A DNA stretch of 63,924 bases, counting the filler, from Vicugna vicugna (lineage: Eukaryota), in assembly GCA_013265495.1 (NCBI GenBank). It is 74 parts of 71 records of this genome, joined end to end, with 100 filler letters (N's around TTAATTAATTAA, not from the genome) between each part and the next. Parts side by side here need not be neighbours in the genome. Positions count along the whole stretch, not along the records: positions 47,154 to 47,888 come from PNXW01022271.1; positions 47,989 to 48,752 come from MU062079.1; positions 48,853 to 49,682 come from MU062080.1; positions 49,783 to 50,294 come from PNXW01022284.1; positions 50,395 to 50,915 come from PNXW01022286.1; positions 51,016 to 51,814 come from PNXW01022287.1; positions 51,915 to 52,821 come from MU062081.1; positions 52,922 to 53,355 come from PNXW01022291.1; 66 more parts are not named here. One strand, 5' to 3'. Numbering within the stretch: the stretch's first letter is position 1; the number at the start of each line of letters is the position of its first letter. Below are positions 47,807-60,696 of this stretch, one piece after another. A program made the translations under genes and the position numbers. The notes under the pieces are model-generated. The model worked only from the letters and a program-made list of their open reading frames with translations, made no database searches and was not told where the DNA came from.

Positions 47807-50394
47807 CTTCTACCTACCTAGCAAGCTGGGCACTGAAACTGAAGGCAGCTCTCCCACACACAGGGGCCTACTGTGAGCCCTTGATTATNNNNNNNNNNNN
47901 NNNNNNNNNNNNNNNNNNNNNNNNNNNNNNNNTTAATTAATTAANNNNNNNNNNNNNNNNNNNNNNNNNNNNNNNNNNNNNNNNNNNNCACGTATTTTTA
48001 TAGCTACATAATCTAACTACTACAAAGATTTAAGATGCAATTAAAATTGTTCATATATTAGCATAAAGATATATACAAAATCAATGCAGATTAGGAAATG
48101 AGTGGATATTTACTAAAAATCCACTGCACATCCAGTCTTTTACAAGCATATTCTGGAATATAAGCTCTATTATCCAGGGGTCCCCCACCCCCATTCTCAC
48201 TGCCGAGTNNNNNNNNNNNNNNNNNNNNNNNNNNNNNNNNNNNNNNNNNNNNNNNNNNNNNNNNNNNNACTATTTTAGCATGAGGGAATTAGCTCATTCA
48301 ATTCTAAAACAGAAACCTTAAAATAAATACTGAACTTATTTTCAGATAAAGAAAATTGGACACAAAAAGAACATTTTCTCCCCCACATCACAAAGATAAT
48401 GACTGGTAAAGGCAAGATTTGAACTCATCTGCCTGATTCTAAAAACTAAGGTGGAAATCCCATTTGACTGGGGAAGGTCCAGCAGCACAGCCTATCATCC
48501 TATGTTCGTTCAGATCTAGCCTTAGACAGCCTGAGACCGTACCCCATTCCTATGGAAGTCGAAGGGAAACGATAACAGTAAGGATTTTATATTGAGTAGT
48601 TTCTTAGGTCTCATTTATATATAGTGTCAGCAGGGCAGCAGAAAACAATGGGAAATATGAGTGGGAACTCAATATATCAGGACAGAACAGAGTGACCATG
48701 AAAGTCTTCATGGACATAAACTAAATGCAGCTGAGCAATGAAAACTAGCAAGNNNNNNNNNNNNNNNNNNNNNNNNNNNNNNNNNNNNNNNNNNNNTTAA
48801 TTAATTAANNNNNNNNNNNNNNNNNNNNNNNNNNNNNNNNNNNNNNNNNNNNATTCATCAATCACGTTGCTAACTGGGTACTTACAGAGCTCACTTCCCC
48901 GTCCTCCCCGTGGGCTCTGGCTCCACAGAAAAGAGCTGAAGAGTCTCCCTCTTTTCCAGAAGAAGACACATTTAGCTTGTAGGCTTCTGTACCTCGCCAG
49001 ACTTAAGATATTAGTTTGTTGGTTTAATTGTATTTTCTGTTGGCCATGTCCTGACAGGAGAGAAATTTTACCTCATCGTCATGTTTCAATTAGCTGTTAC
49101 TGAGAATTGCTGTTCTGATACATAGTGTATGTATTTTATTAACTTTGTAGAGTAGTTATCATTTTTCTGTCTTTGCCCTTTAATTTTGTTTGCCCCTTCA
49201 ATGTTCTATCCTATTTGGGGCCTTATTTTTTTTTTTTAATTAAAAAATATCTGTTAACAGTTAAGAAAACAAAANNNNNNNNNNNNNNNNNNNNNNNNNN
49301 NNNNNNNNNNNNNNNNNNNNNNNNNNNNNNNNNNNNNNNNNNNNNNNNNNNNNNNNNNNNNNNNNNNNNNNNNNNNNNNNNNNNNNNNNNNNNNNNNNNN
49401 NNNNNNNNNNNNNNNNNNNNNNNNNNNNNNNNNNNNNNNNNNNNNNNNNNNNNNNNNNNNNNNNNNCAAGAAAGTGAAATTTTCAGAAGCCAAGACAAAC
49501 GAGAAAGCAGGGATTCTCGGAGATACACGAGCCTTAGAAACCCTGGGGTACTGGTTGGCTCCTAAACTGATTTTCAGTTGCCTTGACAGGAGGGAAGGAT
49601 GTGAGCCCCAGGCCTCTCACACTAGGAGTTGGATGACTGATCATATTATGGGCCAAGCCCATCCCGAGAATCTTGGTTTACTNNNNNNNNNNNNNNNNNN
49701 NNNNNNNNNNNNNNNNNNNNNNNNNNTTAATTAATTAANNNNNNNNNNNNNNNNNNNNNNNNNNNNNNNNNNNNNNNNNNNNCTGTAAACATTGATATGC
49801 AAGTTACATTTTGAACCAGGATGTGCTTAAATTATGCATTCTCCTTAAATTATGAGTCTTTGGGCTAAGATAGTATCAGAAAGATGTTTAAGCTGAGATA
49901 TTTCATCCAAGGAGCAACTATGTGGGAAATTGTTCACCTGCAGTCTCCAGCCTAAAAAGGCTGACTTGATAGCTTTTCAGATCTGTGCATGTTTCTCTTA
50001 TTTTCAGTCTCAAGGTTTTCCTTTTCGTGGAAGCAGAAAGGAAAGATGCCAGCCTCTAGCTTCTCTGATAACCTTAGTCTCTCTCTGTTTTGGTTTTTTT
50101 TTTCCCCTCCCTGATATCCAGAGTTTTTGTTAGCAAACCTAGGCAGGTTATGTTCCAAACTGCCAGGGGACTATCGATCGACCCACAGCCTGGCTTGGCC
50201 TTGACACACCCATGTATGGACAGTGACTCATGTTTCTGTGTCCCCCTGTGTGTAACTAAGGTCCAGTTCATTGTTAACTGGTGACGCGGCAGACNNNNNN
50301 NNNNNNNNNNNNNNNNNNNNNNNNNNNNNNNNNNNNNNTTAATTAATTAANNNNNNNNNNNNNNNNNNNNNNNNNNNNNNNNNNNNNNNNNNNN

Positions 50395-50915
50395 CCCTTA
50401 GCTTGTAATCCCTGAGTGTTTCCCTAGGACTGACACTGATAGAAATCTGGGGGTTGGTCTTTGAGGCCAAATAGTAGCGAGTGCTTCCCGATGGACTGAT
50501 TAAGTATTTAGATGAATTCTCCATAAAGGGAAACACCTGAGCACCCATTCATCTGCGTGGAGTGGGGCTTCAAAACTCCCCACCACACAAGGATGGGTTC
50601 CAGTATCCTGACGTAGGGGTAGTTCCTCCAACTGACAACAGCACCTGGGATCTAATAGAATCAATTGGCTTGAATTCCCTGAGTGTTTCCATAGGCCGGG
50701 CTGTGAGCGAAGGTGTTGTTGGACACTAAACCAAAGTAATAGCGAGTGGCCCTCTATGAGCAGTGGAAGTCTATAACTACATCCCCAACCTGGGAACACA
50801 GCAGAAATTGTGTGGACCCTGTTTCCCTCCTCCAGCAGACACACGGCATTGGGTTCAGATGTCTTGAGTCTGGGGAGGTTCTTCCCACTAACAGCAGCGC
50901 CTGGGTTCTAATTCA
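50395..50915 (+). repeat. Sat-B
   Basis: 50395-50640 closely matches ~40047-40290. Confidence 0.9.
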
Positions 50916-51914
50916 NNNNNNNNNNNNNNNNNNNNNNNNNNNNNNNNNNNNNNNNNNNNTTAATTAATTAANNNNNNNNNNNNNNNNNNNNNNNNNNNNN
51001 NNNNNNNNNNNNNNNAGCCTCAGCCTTTTGTCACCAGCCCTCAGCCACTGCCTCAGCCAGAATAACCCGTGGCTCCACGGCTGCGGGCTGTCAGCACCAC
51101 TGACATGGACCCGGCCTGCACTAGTGCCGCAGACCCGGAGCTGCGGGCAGCTCTTCCACCTGTCCCTGCTCAGTCTCCTGCCACCTCAGTACCGGCTCTT
51201 CCTAGTTGACCAAACTCCTGAGTCTAGATCATCCTCTCGGCAGCAGACCTGGAACTTCATGTAATAAATAGAAACCACCAAGTGTAAACGTCCTCTTCTC
51301 TGCCTCCTGAGCTGAGTGTTATCTTTGCCTCCCTTTCTTCAGACACAGATGAAGGGTTGTCCCTCCTGCCTTCCCAGGCCTGCTCTCTGGCTCCAGCTGG
51401 TCAGTTCCCCTCCATCTTCAGTCTCCCCTCAGGCCACTCACCCACAGTCATCCTGATTAGAAACATTCCCCACCAGGTCACGGTCCAGCTCATACCTCAC
51501 CTTCTCCAACTTGCTCCTCACCCCTGCCTCTGCAATTTACAAAAACCACCAGTCAGGCTTCTGCTCCCACTAACCTCACCTAAGGCCACTGAATTGCTCT
51601 TGTGAAGGTCACCAGGGACTTGCCAAAGGCCAGATCAGAGAGTTTCATTTTAGTCCTTAGCCCAAGAGACAACTGTGGCAGAAAGTACTAAGTTGCTGCA
51701 AAATAAAAATCTTTCAGAACTGAATGCCCCAAATGTCCTCATTCTCCCTTGCAGCTAAATGTGTTCACATGACTAAGTCCTGGTCTGTGACCAGAAGGGA
51801 AGGGAACGACATCTNNNNNNNNNNNNNNNNNNNNNNNNNNNNNNNNNNNNNNNNNNNNTTAATTAATTAANNNNNNNNNNNNNNNNNNNNNNNNNNNNNN
51901 NNNNNNNNNNNNNN

Positions 51915-52409
51915 ACCCTAACCCTGAGTCTAACCCTAACCCTATCTAACCCTAACCCTGAGTCTAACCCTAACCCTGAGTCTAACCGTGAGTCTAACCC
52001 CTAACCCCTAACCCTAACCCTAACCCTGAGTCTAACCCTAACCCTAACCCTAACCCCTAACCCTAACCCTGAGTCTAACCCTGAGTCTANNNNNNNNNNN
52101 NNNNNNNNNNNNNNNNNNNNNNNNNNNNNNNNNNNNNNNNNNNNNNNNNNNNNNNNNNNNNNNNNNNNNNNNNNNNNNNNNNNNNNNNNNNNNNNNNNNN
52201 NNNNNNNNNNNNNNNNNNNNNNNNNNNNNNNNNNNNNNNNNNNNNNNNNNNNNNNNNNNNNNNNNNNNNNNNNNNNNNNNNNNNNNNNNNNNNNNNNNNN
52301 NNNNNNNNNNNNNNNNNNNNNNNNNNNNNNNNNNNNNNNNNNNNNNNNNNNNNNNNNNNNNNNNNNNNNNNNNNACCCCTAACCCTAACCCTGAGTCTAA
52401 CCCTAACCC
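51915..52409 (+). repeat. Telomeric (CCCTAA)n array with CCCTGA-GTCTAA variant units
   Basis: Direct CCCTAA runs interspersed with CCCTGAGTCTAA on both sides of a gap. Confidence 0.95.
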
Positions 52410-52645
52410 TTTTTGTTCCCTAATGCATTACCTATGTTGTACCCTAACCCAAACCTTACCCATACTCTGAACTTAACCTGTTCCCAAACTCCTATCCTAA
52501 CCTGTACTCTAACTCGATCTCGTATCCTAATCCATACCCTAACCCTTTCCCTAACTCTCACCAGTACCGTCACAGTGACCGTACCCCTAACCCATTCCCA
52601 TACCCTACCCCCAATTTTGACCCTGGTGCTAATCCTTAATTCTAT
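52410..52645 (+). repeat. Degenerate telomere-like hexamer tract grading into unique sequence
   Basis: ccctaa/cctaac/ccatac/ccctac 6-bp periodicity decaying rightwards. Confidence 0.8.
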
Positions 52646-52921
52646 TTTCTTGTAACAACCTAGCACTCTCCTGATTGTTAAATCTCATGAAGACGTAACA
52701 AAAATACATCAACTAGCCAATGACAGAATCCTCCACTTCCCTGTGTGGTACTACTTACCTGAAATTAACAGCACAGTAGAAACAAGTGTGCACCTCCTGC
52801 AAATGTCTCCAAAGCAGATAANNNNNNNNNNNNNNNNNNNNNNNNNNNNNNNNNNNNNNNNNNNNTTAATTAATTAANNNNNNNNNNNNNNNNNNNNNNN
52901 NNNNNNNNNNNNNNNNNNNNN

Positions 52922-53355
52922 AAACTGTCTGTAAATGTAAGTTTTTTCCCCATGGGTTTTTATTGTTTCTCATTGATTTATTTATCCAAACTTATGCCAG
53001 CAACATACTGACTTGTGTACTATAGCTTTTTAGTACACTTTAAAGAGAGTCCTCCAACTCTGCTCTTCTTTTTCAAGGTTGTTTTGACTGTCCTGGGCCC
53101 CTTGCACGTCCATATGAATTTTGGGATCAGTTTGCCAATTTTTACAAAGAAGTCAGCTGGAATTTTGATAGGGATTCCACTGAATATGGAGATCAAATGT
53201 AGATCACTTTGAGGAGTCTTAACATTTTTAATAATATTGTCTATATTTCCATGAAAATGGGATGTCTTCCGTATAAGTAGATCTTTTAAAATTTTTTTGG
53301 TGATACTTCTAATTTTCAATGTACAAATCTTGTAAATTTTTGTTAAATGTATCTC
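52922..53355 (-). mobile_element. Old LINE-1 ORF2 fragment
   Basis: Minus-strand IPIKIPADFFVKIGKLIPKFIW.CKGPR..KT.LKKKSRVGGL. Confidence 0.93.
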
Positions 53356-53455
53356 NNNNNNNNNNNNNNNNNNNNNNNNNNNNNNNNNNNNNNNNNNNNT
53401 TAATTAATTAANNNNNNNNNNNNNNNNNNNNNNNNNNNNNNNNNNNNNNNNNNNN

Positions 53456-54000
53456 ATCTACAGTAATGAATATAGAAGTGGCACAGAATAAACAGAATAG
53501 CAGAACACAACAGAATGCCTAAAAATTAAATCAGACATTTATGGTCATTAAGCCCATTACAAAAAATGAATATACATTGGGGGAAAGGTAATCAACAGGC
53601 ACATGAAAATGGTCAACATCACTAACCATCAGAAAAATGCAAGTCCAAAACACAATGAGATTTTATGTCACTCCTGTCAGAATGACAATGATCAAAAAGA
53701 TAACAAATATAAATTTTGGTGAGGATGTAAGGAAAAGAACCCTGATCCAAAGCTTGAGTGAATGTAAATTTGTACTGCCACTGTGGAAAACACTCTGGAG
53801 TTTTATCTAAAAATTAAAAATGAAATATGATCCAACATTTCCAAATCTGGATACTTATTCCAAGAGAATAAATCACTAATCAGAAAAGATATATTCAACC
53901 CTATATTCACTGCTGCATTATTTACAATAGCCAGGATATAGAAGAAAATTAATTTCTCATCAAAAAATGATGGATAAAAAGAAAATGTCTGTTTATAGTG
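53456..54000 (+). mobile_element. LINE-1 ORF2 C-terminal/3' fragment
   Basis: caacaggcacatgaaaatg..caacatcactaa..atcagaaaaatgcaa; ttcactgctgcattatttacaatagcca. Confidence 0.9.
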
Positions 54001-54042
54001 TATATATCTAACCATCTATTAACTAAAGATTTATCAATATTT

Positions 54043-54122
54043 GTATATATATATATGCATACACTCTAAATATGTATATATATATATGCTGACTGTGTAT
54101 ATATATATGCACACACACACAT
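54043..54122 (+). repeat. (TA)n/(CA)n microsatellites
   Basis: Several tatatatata runs and cacacacac. Confidence 0.75.
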
Positions 54123-54240
54123 AAAATTTCAATGGTTTATNNNNNNNNNNNNNNNNNNNNNNNNNNNNNNNNNNNNNNNNNNNNTTAATTAATTAANNNN
54201 NNNNNNNNNNNNNNNNNNNNNNNNNNNNNNNNNNNNNNNN

Positions 54241-54866
54241 ACAGGTAAAAACAGATTAAAAAAACAAAAACAAAAAACAAACAAACAAAAAAAAAAACAA
54301 AAAAAAAAGGGGGGGGGGTTTGCCGGTGTTCTCCTGGAGTGTGTGTGCTTTTAATGTGATGTCCTGTCTTCGTCCTGTTTTGGAAGCTCAGCTTGTTTTC
54401 ATAGGCCCTCCGTTGGCGCCCTCTTCTGTGCTGCTCCCAGCCCCTGTCGGCAAGCAGATCGCGCCTCCTCCTAACACGGGGTCAGACGCAGCTCTCCTCT
54501 GCTGCGGGCGGGCGGGTCACTGCCCCTCCGGATGCCGCAGTCAGATGTTGCAGACAGTCGTGCCCCTTCCCAGCACCTCGCTCAGGGGTTGTGTTCCTGC
54601 CCGACAGGCGGGGGGCCGCTCTCCCCCTGCCTGCGCCGCCGGTAGCTCCGCTGCTCTGTGCGGCTGCGCGCTCTGCGCCGGTGCTCCGCCCCAGTCGGCG
54701 CTCCGCGGGTGGGCTCGGGGAAGATCGAGGGGCAGCCTCGTCCCTGCTCCGAGCCAAGACCCAGCTGCTTGTTTGTCCCCGTGGAGCAAGTTCTCTGGGG
54801 GACCAGAATTGAAGGATCCTCTCTGCCCCGGGCTGTAGGCCCGTCTCAGTCTGGCCCTTGAGGCTG
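54241..54866 (-). mobile_element. LINE-1 5'UTR, second copy
   Basis: Homologous to 31422-32104, with a 24-bp deletion near 54556 relative to that copy. Confidence 0.75.
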
Positions 54867-54966
54867 NNNNNNNNNNNNNNNNNNNNNNNNNNNNNNNNNN
54901 NNNNNNNNNNTTAATTAATTAANNNNNNNNNNNNNNNNNNNNNNNNNNNNNNNNNNNNNNNNNNNN

Positions 54967-55331
54967 TGAGTTGAGAGCATGTGGATTACTGATCTTTCAT
55001 CCTCAATAAATACAATATTTTCATCTTGACACATGTACACATTTTCACAAACTTTTCCTAACACCAGTTTAGAACGCGTGCATTTTTCTCAGAAAAATAC
55101 TTCTGGAACGATTTCCTACAAACAGATATGTAATTCACATGAATTCCATCAACATGGCATTCCAGGTTCCGTACATGCTACATGCATGACGGATTCGGCA
55201 AACATGTGTTTCTGAGATCTCAGCATGTGGATTACTGACCTTTCATCCACCAAACAAGGCATATATACACTTAGAAATATTTACTCTGACTTCATAGGTT
55301 TTTTCTGTCACCAGGTACTAAAATCGGACAT
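54967..55331 (+). repeat. Sat-C
   Basis: gagcatgtggattactga.ctttcatcc twice, ~249 bp apart. Confidence 0.92.
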
Positions 55332-55431
55332 NNNNNNNNNNNNNNNNNNNNNNNNNNNNNNNNNNNNNNNNNNNNTTAATTAATTAANNNNNNNNNNNNN
55401 NNNNNNNNNNNNNNNNNNNNNNNNNNNNNNN

Positions 55432-55798
55432 TTTGGCACTAGAAAACACTCTTTGAGCGAATTCTCACCAATACACATGTAATTTACATTGTTTACATAA
55501 CCATGGCATTCCGTATTCCGAACATGTTTCATGCATCACGGATTCCTCAAACATGCATTTCTGAGCTGTGAACATGCGCATGAGAGATGTTTCAACCACC
55601 AAAAATTTACCTATGCACTTTGAAATAATTACTTAAACTTCGTTGCTTCTTCCTTTCACCAGTTTCAAGAATCACACTTTGATCCGAGAAATACCCTCTT
55701 GGGGCGAATACTTCCCTAGACATATGTAATTTGAATAGATACCTTAAACAATATATTCCGTGTTCTGTACATGTTACATGCATGACGGAGTCGACAAA
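55432..55798 (+). repeat. Sat-C
   Basis: ctctttgagcgaattctcaccaatacacatgtaatttacattg. Confidence 0.92.
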
Positions 55799-56826
55799 NN
55801 NNNNNNNNNNNNNNNNNNNNNNNNNNNNNNNNNNNNNNNNNNTTAATTAATTAANNNNNNNNNNNNNNNNNNNNNNNNNNNNNNNNNNNNNNNNNNNNAC
55901 TTTACAATCTGTTACTAAAAACATATTAACATTTCAAAAAAAAATTTGTTGTCTTGGTAGAAAGGAGTACCAGCAAATTAAAAGGATCTGCAATTTCCTG
56001 GAGCCTCAATTATGCTTCAGGCTTGGGTGTTTCCAAGTGCAGAAGCATATCTGGTTTGATCTGGTTCACTCCATGGCAAAAATTTAAAATATTGATTGGG
56101 CTGTCCCTAATGAGAAAGGATGACTTCTGCTGGGAGAAAAATTTTATAGTCTGTGTTCTGTTTAGCCCCAAGCACTTAGCACATCTCTGTGATGGGTCAT
56201 CAAAGCCGCTATGTAGATGATGCCTCAGTCAGCCCAGGGAATCAGATGCCACAGAAGGGAAGAGAGGTGATTTGCAGACATCAGGATGCATAACTTTTTT
56301 ATTCTCAGCACTGTTGTAAGAATTCTAAAATCTCTCTAGAAGCTTGGGTTTCCACTGAATCAGGAATTCAATTACAATCCTGCTGAGCTTTGCTTTATTC
56401 TTCTAAAATAGGGTTCCCCAAGTTGTAACCTGGGAACTACATATTTCCCAATTTTTTGCAGTGATGATTAAATAGACAAAATCTCAGGCCCTGCTGCCAG
56501 ATCTACTGAATCCAGTGTGGAAGTATGCTGAGAAACCTACATACTTAAGAATCCCCCATGCTCCATGTGCTATTTTTTTTTATAATAAACAATAGTAGCA
56601 AGAACCTACTTTTTGACAGAGTGTAAATCTTCCTCAAACAAGTGAAAATGCACTTACCTTCTCCTACAATGAAATGTTGAAGTATAATCTGTTATTCCTC
56701 CTAGGAACTAGAATTAACTTCAATCTNNNNNNNNNNNNNNNNNNNNNNNNNNNNNNNNNNNNNNNNNNNNTTAATTAATTAANNNNNNNNNNNNNNNNNN
56801 NNNNNNNNNNNNNNNNNNNNNNNNNN

Positions 56827-56943
56827 CCATCTTCTCAGTCTGCCGGATTTCTGAATAAAGTTGTTATTCCTAGCCCCAACGCCTCGTCTCCTGATTTATT
56901 GGCCTGTCATGCAGCTAGCAGAACGAGTTTGGACTCAGTAACA
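56827..56943 (+). mobile_element. 3' end (R/U5) of an ERV1-class LTR, same family as 47325-47806
   Basis: AATAAA at ~56854; ends gagtttggactcagtaaca. Confidence 0.75.
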
Positions 56944-57408
56944 ATTGGAGATAAGAAAAAGCTGAGGTAATTATCCTTCTGCAAAGGCGCAACTAAGCTA
57001 CAGGCATTTTCATGGGATGCATATTCAAAAATGGGGGTGTCAGCACATTCTGAGGGTGGAGTTTTGGGCTCTCTGATGTCAAAAGGTCATGGAGAGTTGG
57101 TGGTCTCAGCCAGTCTTAAATGGCTTGAGCGTGAACTGGAGACAGCTGATCCCAGACCCTGAAAAACAACTTGGGCAAATATCTTACTTTTCAGCCTACG
57201 TGATGCTTGGGAGACATGCACGTTTTCATAAAAACAATTAAAGCAAAAGCTTGACTGGGGAAGGCAGGTTGCAGTTTGTCATTTACTAAGCAAGTTAGAG
57301 TTTAATGGNNNNNNNNNNNNNNNNNNNNNNNNNNNNNNNNNNNNNNNNNNNNTTAATTAATTAANNNNNNNNNNNNNNNNNNNNNNNNNNNNNNNNNNNN
57401 NNNNNNNN

Positions 57409-57630
57409 TGTAGTGATTATAGTGAGGACCAGAGTAAGACTGCTTGTGTCCAAATTCAGATTCCATCACATATTGGATGGGACTCTCAGCAAGTTAACTA
57501 ATTTCTCTTTACCTCAGTGTATCCACCCGTAAAATGGGTGCAGCAAAGAATTATTTTGAGAATTCATTACATTTCGTCAGATAACATCTAAATAATGCTT
57601 GTTATGCGTTAAGTCCCAGATAAGTGTTAT
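57409..57630 (+). mobile_element. MIR SINE relic
   Basis: caagttaactaatttctctttacctcagtgt...gtaaaatggg matches the MIR core. Confidence 0.7.
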
Positions 57631-59014
57631 TTCAGGTGGGGTAGGATAACTTTTAGACTATTACTTTTCCCCCTCAACTCTAATTGCATACTCTACTGAT
57701 TTTTACTTAACCTTCTAATCATGAATCAATACAATAATTATCAACATGCATTTTTATAGTGTGAAGAAACATGGAAGCAAATGTAAGGTTTATTGAAGTC
57801 AGAATAGAGATTTGCTCCAATAATTAGAGGCCAAAACGGATGCTTTTTTGAATTCTTGTTTCTGCTGTGGGTATACGTGTGCATGTTTGTTTGTTTTTAT
57901 TGTCTCTTATTAAGCCATCATATCACCTGCCTGTCACTTAATCCCATTTGCTAGTTTGCTGTGTCTTATCTGCTCTGAGTTGAGATACCAAATAACTAAA
58001 TTCATGGTATTAATGTGCAANNNNNNNNNNNNNNNNNNNNNNNNNNNNNNNNNNNNNNNNNNNNTTAATTAATTAANNNNNNNNNNNNNNNNNNNNNNNN
58101 NNNNNNNNNNNNNNNNNNNNCAGCCATTTTTTCCATTTTGGGGGAAAAGCAAAGAGTAGATGCCAGTTCTTAGGTTTTGCAGGACATAGAATAGTTCATG
58201 ACTGTTGAATTTGAGTTGCCCTTTAGGTATCAAGAAGAAGCTCTAAGCAGCCCAGATAACACTCCAGGTGCAAAGGTCCCAGGCACTTGTGGACGCATCA
58301 TGAGAACCATCTTCATAACCAGGGCTATTTAAGGAAGAGTGTACATCCAAACAAAGAATATTTGCTGCAATACCTTAAGTGGCTTGTCTAGTTGAAGTTT
58401 CAGGTGAAATACAGAGAGAGAGAGATGTAATTTTTATACTCCTGAAAGAAAAAGAATTCACAGAATTGGAAAACTCTAACTGGGAAATAAACCCAAATTG
58501 TAAAAGCACTAACTTGGAGCCTCCCTACCTGTAGATGACCCCTGGAGGAAGGGGTCACTTTACACTCTGTCTTTTGAAAGAGAATTGCAGACTTCCACCT
58601 TTATAAACCTCAGTGAACACAGATTCCAACCTGATCCCTGGTACTGCTGAGAAAGAAGGTCTATTTTAACAAATATCCCAAAGAAATGGAGGTGAAGGCT
58701 ACATTTGGAAAATAATTTTGCAAAGAGACAGCTCATCCACTGGTGGAGCCCTTTGCCATCCTGCTCTGAACATGGGTGCAGCCCAGATGTGGGCAGATGT
58801 TGACGCAGATGACCAACTCTTCCCTCCCTCTCTCTGTCCTGATCACTTGCAGTTCCAGGGAACCCCCTAAGGGTCATGCTTAGCTCACCCCAACATGTAC
58901 CCACTTCTGTGAACNNNNNNNNNNNNNNNNNNNNNNNNNNNNNNNNNNNNNNNNNNNNTTAATTAATTAANNNNNNNNNNNNNNNNNNNNNNNNNNNNNN
59001 NNNNNNNNNNNNNN

Positions 59015-59746
59015 ATAGGAAGAATATACGAAGTCAAAGTAAATATTTCAAAGTGCATACGTAACATGTTCGATGGCAGAAACATCAGTCATGCACTTGT
59101 TCACAACTCAGAAATGCATGTTTAATGAATCCATGCTGCATGAAATATGTTCGGAATACGGAATGCCATGGTTATGTAAACAATGTAAATTACATTTGTA
59201 TTGGTGAGAATTCGCTCAAAGATTTTTTTCAGGTGCCAAATATCCGATTTAAGAAATTGGTGATAGAAAAAAACCTATGAAGTCACACTAAATATTTCTA
59301 AGTGTATATATGCCTTGTTCTGTTGGATGAAAGTTCACTAATCCACATGCTCACAACTCAGAAACTCATGTTTGTCGAATCCATCATGCATGTAGCATGT
59401 ACGGAACCCGGAATGTCATGTTGATGGAATTTATGTAAATTACATATCTGTTAGGTTGAAATCGCTCCAAAAGTATTTTTCTGTGAAAAATGCACGAAAT
59501 CGAAACTGGTGTTCTGGAAAGCTTGTGAAAATGAGTACACGTTTCTAGATGAAACTATTCTTTTATAGAGGATGAAAGATCAGTAATCCAAATGCTCTCA
59601 ACTCAGGAATGCATGTTTGTCGAATCCGTCATGCATGTAGCATGTACGGAACACGGAATATCATGTAGATGGAATCTATTCAAATTACATACACTAGGGT
59701 TGAATTCGCTCCAAGATGGTTTGCCTGGGATCAAAGTGTGATCCTT
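59015..59746 (-). repeat. Sat-C, reverse, nearly one ungapped trimer
   Basis: Subunit anchor (cacaactcagaaa/ctcaactcaggaa) at ~59102, ~59352 and ~59597. Confidence 0.94.
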
Positions 59747-59846
59747 NNNNNNNNNNNNNNNNNNNNNNNNNNNNNNNNNNNNNNNNNNNNTTAATTAATT
59801 AANNNNNNNNNNNNNNNNNNNNNNNNNNNNNNNNNNNNNNNNNNNN

Positions 59847-60596
59847 TCTATATTCTAAATTCTGTGTTCTGCATTCCATGTTCTCAATAATCGGTTCCAT
59901 ATACTCTATTAAATATACTATAATCTGTGTTATACATTCTATATTGTGTGTTCTGTATTCTGCATTCCGTATTGTATATTCTATATTCTTTGTTCTACAT
60001 TCTATATTCTAAACTCTATATTAAGTATACTGTATTCTATATTCTAAATTCTGTGTTCTGAATTTCGTGTTCTAAGTTCTGTGTTCTAAATTCTCTATTC
60101 TATATTCTATATTTTGTGTACTTCATTCTATATTCTACCTTCTATATTCTCCATTCCGTAGTCTATATTCTATATTCTGTGTTATACATTTTATATACTA
60201 AATTGTATATTCAGTATTCTGTATTCTATATTCTAAATTCAGTGTTCTGCATTCCATGTTCTAAATTTCGGGTCCTATATACTCTATTCTATATTCTATA
60301 TACTGTGTTCTACATTTTATATTCTGTATTATATATTCTGCATTCCGTATTCTATATTCTGTATTCTGGGTTCTACATTNNNNNNNNNNNNNNNNNNNNN
60401 NNNTGTATTCTATATTCTAAATTCTGTGTTCTACATTCTATATTCTAAATTCTATATTCAGTAATCTGTATTCTATATTCTAAATTTTCTGTTCTGCATT
60501 ACATTTTTTAATTCTGGATTATATATTCTGTTTTCCATATTCTTAATTTTGTGTTCTAAATTCAATATTCTGTATTCAATATTCTGCCTTCCGTAT
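59847..60596 (+). repeat. AT-rich heptamer satellite
   Basis: Same 7-bp units. Confidence 0.95.
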
Positions 60597-60696
60597 NNNN
60601 NNNNNNNNNNNNNNNNNNNNNNNNNNNNNNNNNNNNNNNNTTAATTAATTAANNNNNNNNNNNNNNNNNNNNNNNNNNNNNNNNNNNNNNNNNNNN

